From Eledone cirrhosa (taxonomy: Eukaryota): a DNA stretch of 64,000 nucleotides. The stretch lies in contig OZ024759.1 in the NCBI GenBank assembly GCA_964016885.1, positions 16,988,001 to 17,052,000 on the forward strand. Direction: 5' to 3'. The notes under the pieces are model-generated. The model searched no databases and was not told the DNA's origin. It saw only the letters and a program-made list of their open reading frames with translations. Each line of letters begins with the position of its first letter. Position 1 is the first letter of the stretch. This document shows positions 63,419 to 64,000 of the stretch, piece after piece. The translations under genes were made by a program, and so were the position numbers.

Positions 63419-64000
63419 AGAAATGAGATATTTATTTAATAATGTCTCATAAAATAATTGTTTCTACTTTAGGCACAAGGCCAGCAATTACCCAGTGCAT
63501 TACTGGTACTTTTATTTTATCGACCCCGTAAGGATGAAAGGCAAAGTCAACCTCATACAACCAATTATCCACGAAATACTGATTAGTTAGCACCCCAAAC
63601 ACTAAATTAGGATAATACTTAGGTATATCCTAATGTTTGTTGAGTGAGATGGAGTTGGTCGAAGTATCGCTTAAGGCTTTCTCTGTTTATGTATTGTATA
63701 TATATATATATATATATGCAGAGGTTATATTTAATTTGTTGGGATTCAACAAGCTTAAAAATGTTTATAACTGATATAAAGCACTCAACAGTAAAGTGGA
63801 GTAAATACACAATATATTAATAAATTGGAAACTATATAATAAAATAAATATGGTTTTATAAATATAGTTTCCATTTATTAATATATATATATATAAATCT
63901 ATCATCATCATCATCATCATGGACGTTAAACGATGATGATGATGATGATATATATATATCATCATCGTTTAACGTCCATCTTCCACGCTAGCATGGTGCT

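Noticed and set aside
63143-64000. Upstream WDR1 exons or start codon
   Set aside because: No segment resembling the AIP1 N-terminus was found, so the remaining exons probably lie beyond the window.

Overview
AT-rich, repeat-dense animal DNA. The SINE families, the RTE/Tx1/CRE LINE remnants and the heavy (TA)n/(CA)n load suggest an octopus or other coleoid cephalopod (inference). It contains one host gene, WDR1/AIP1 (actin-interacting protein 1), on the minus strand. I traced 13 coding exons by hand (63142 down to the stop at 40437; 1565 nt, about 520 aa), and the N-terminal exons lie beyond the right edge. One intron (52801-53739) is a clear U12-type AT-AC intron. The left 40 kb has no host gene I can support and is a mosaic of tRNA-derived SINEs, LINE fragments, MITEs, a probable solo LTR and microsatellites. 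The least obvious signal is about a dozen type I hammerhead-ribozyme motifs in short Penelope-like fragments, usually next to (TA)n. Some have large stem II insertions, and three are folded back at or near stem II. WDR1 introns carry several distinct minisatellites next to splice sites, some seeded by SINE sequence. Most long ORFs in the supplied track are repeat artefacts. All alignments and folds were done by eye, and repeat boundaries are approximate.
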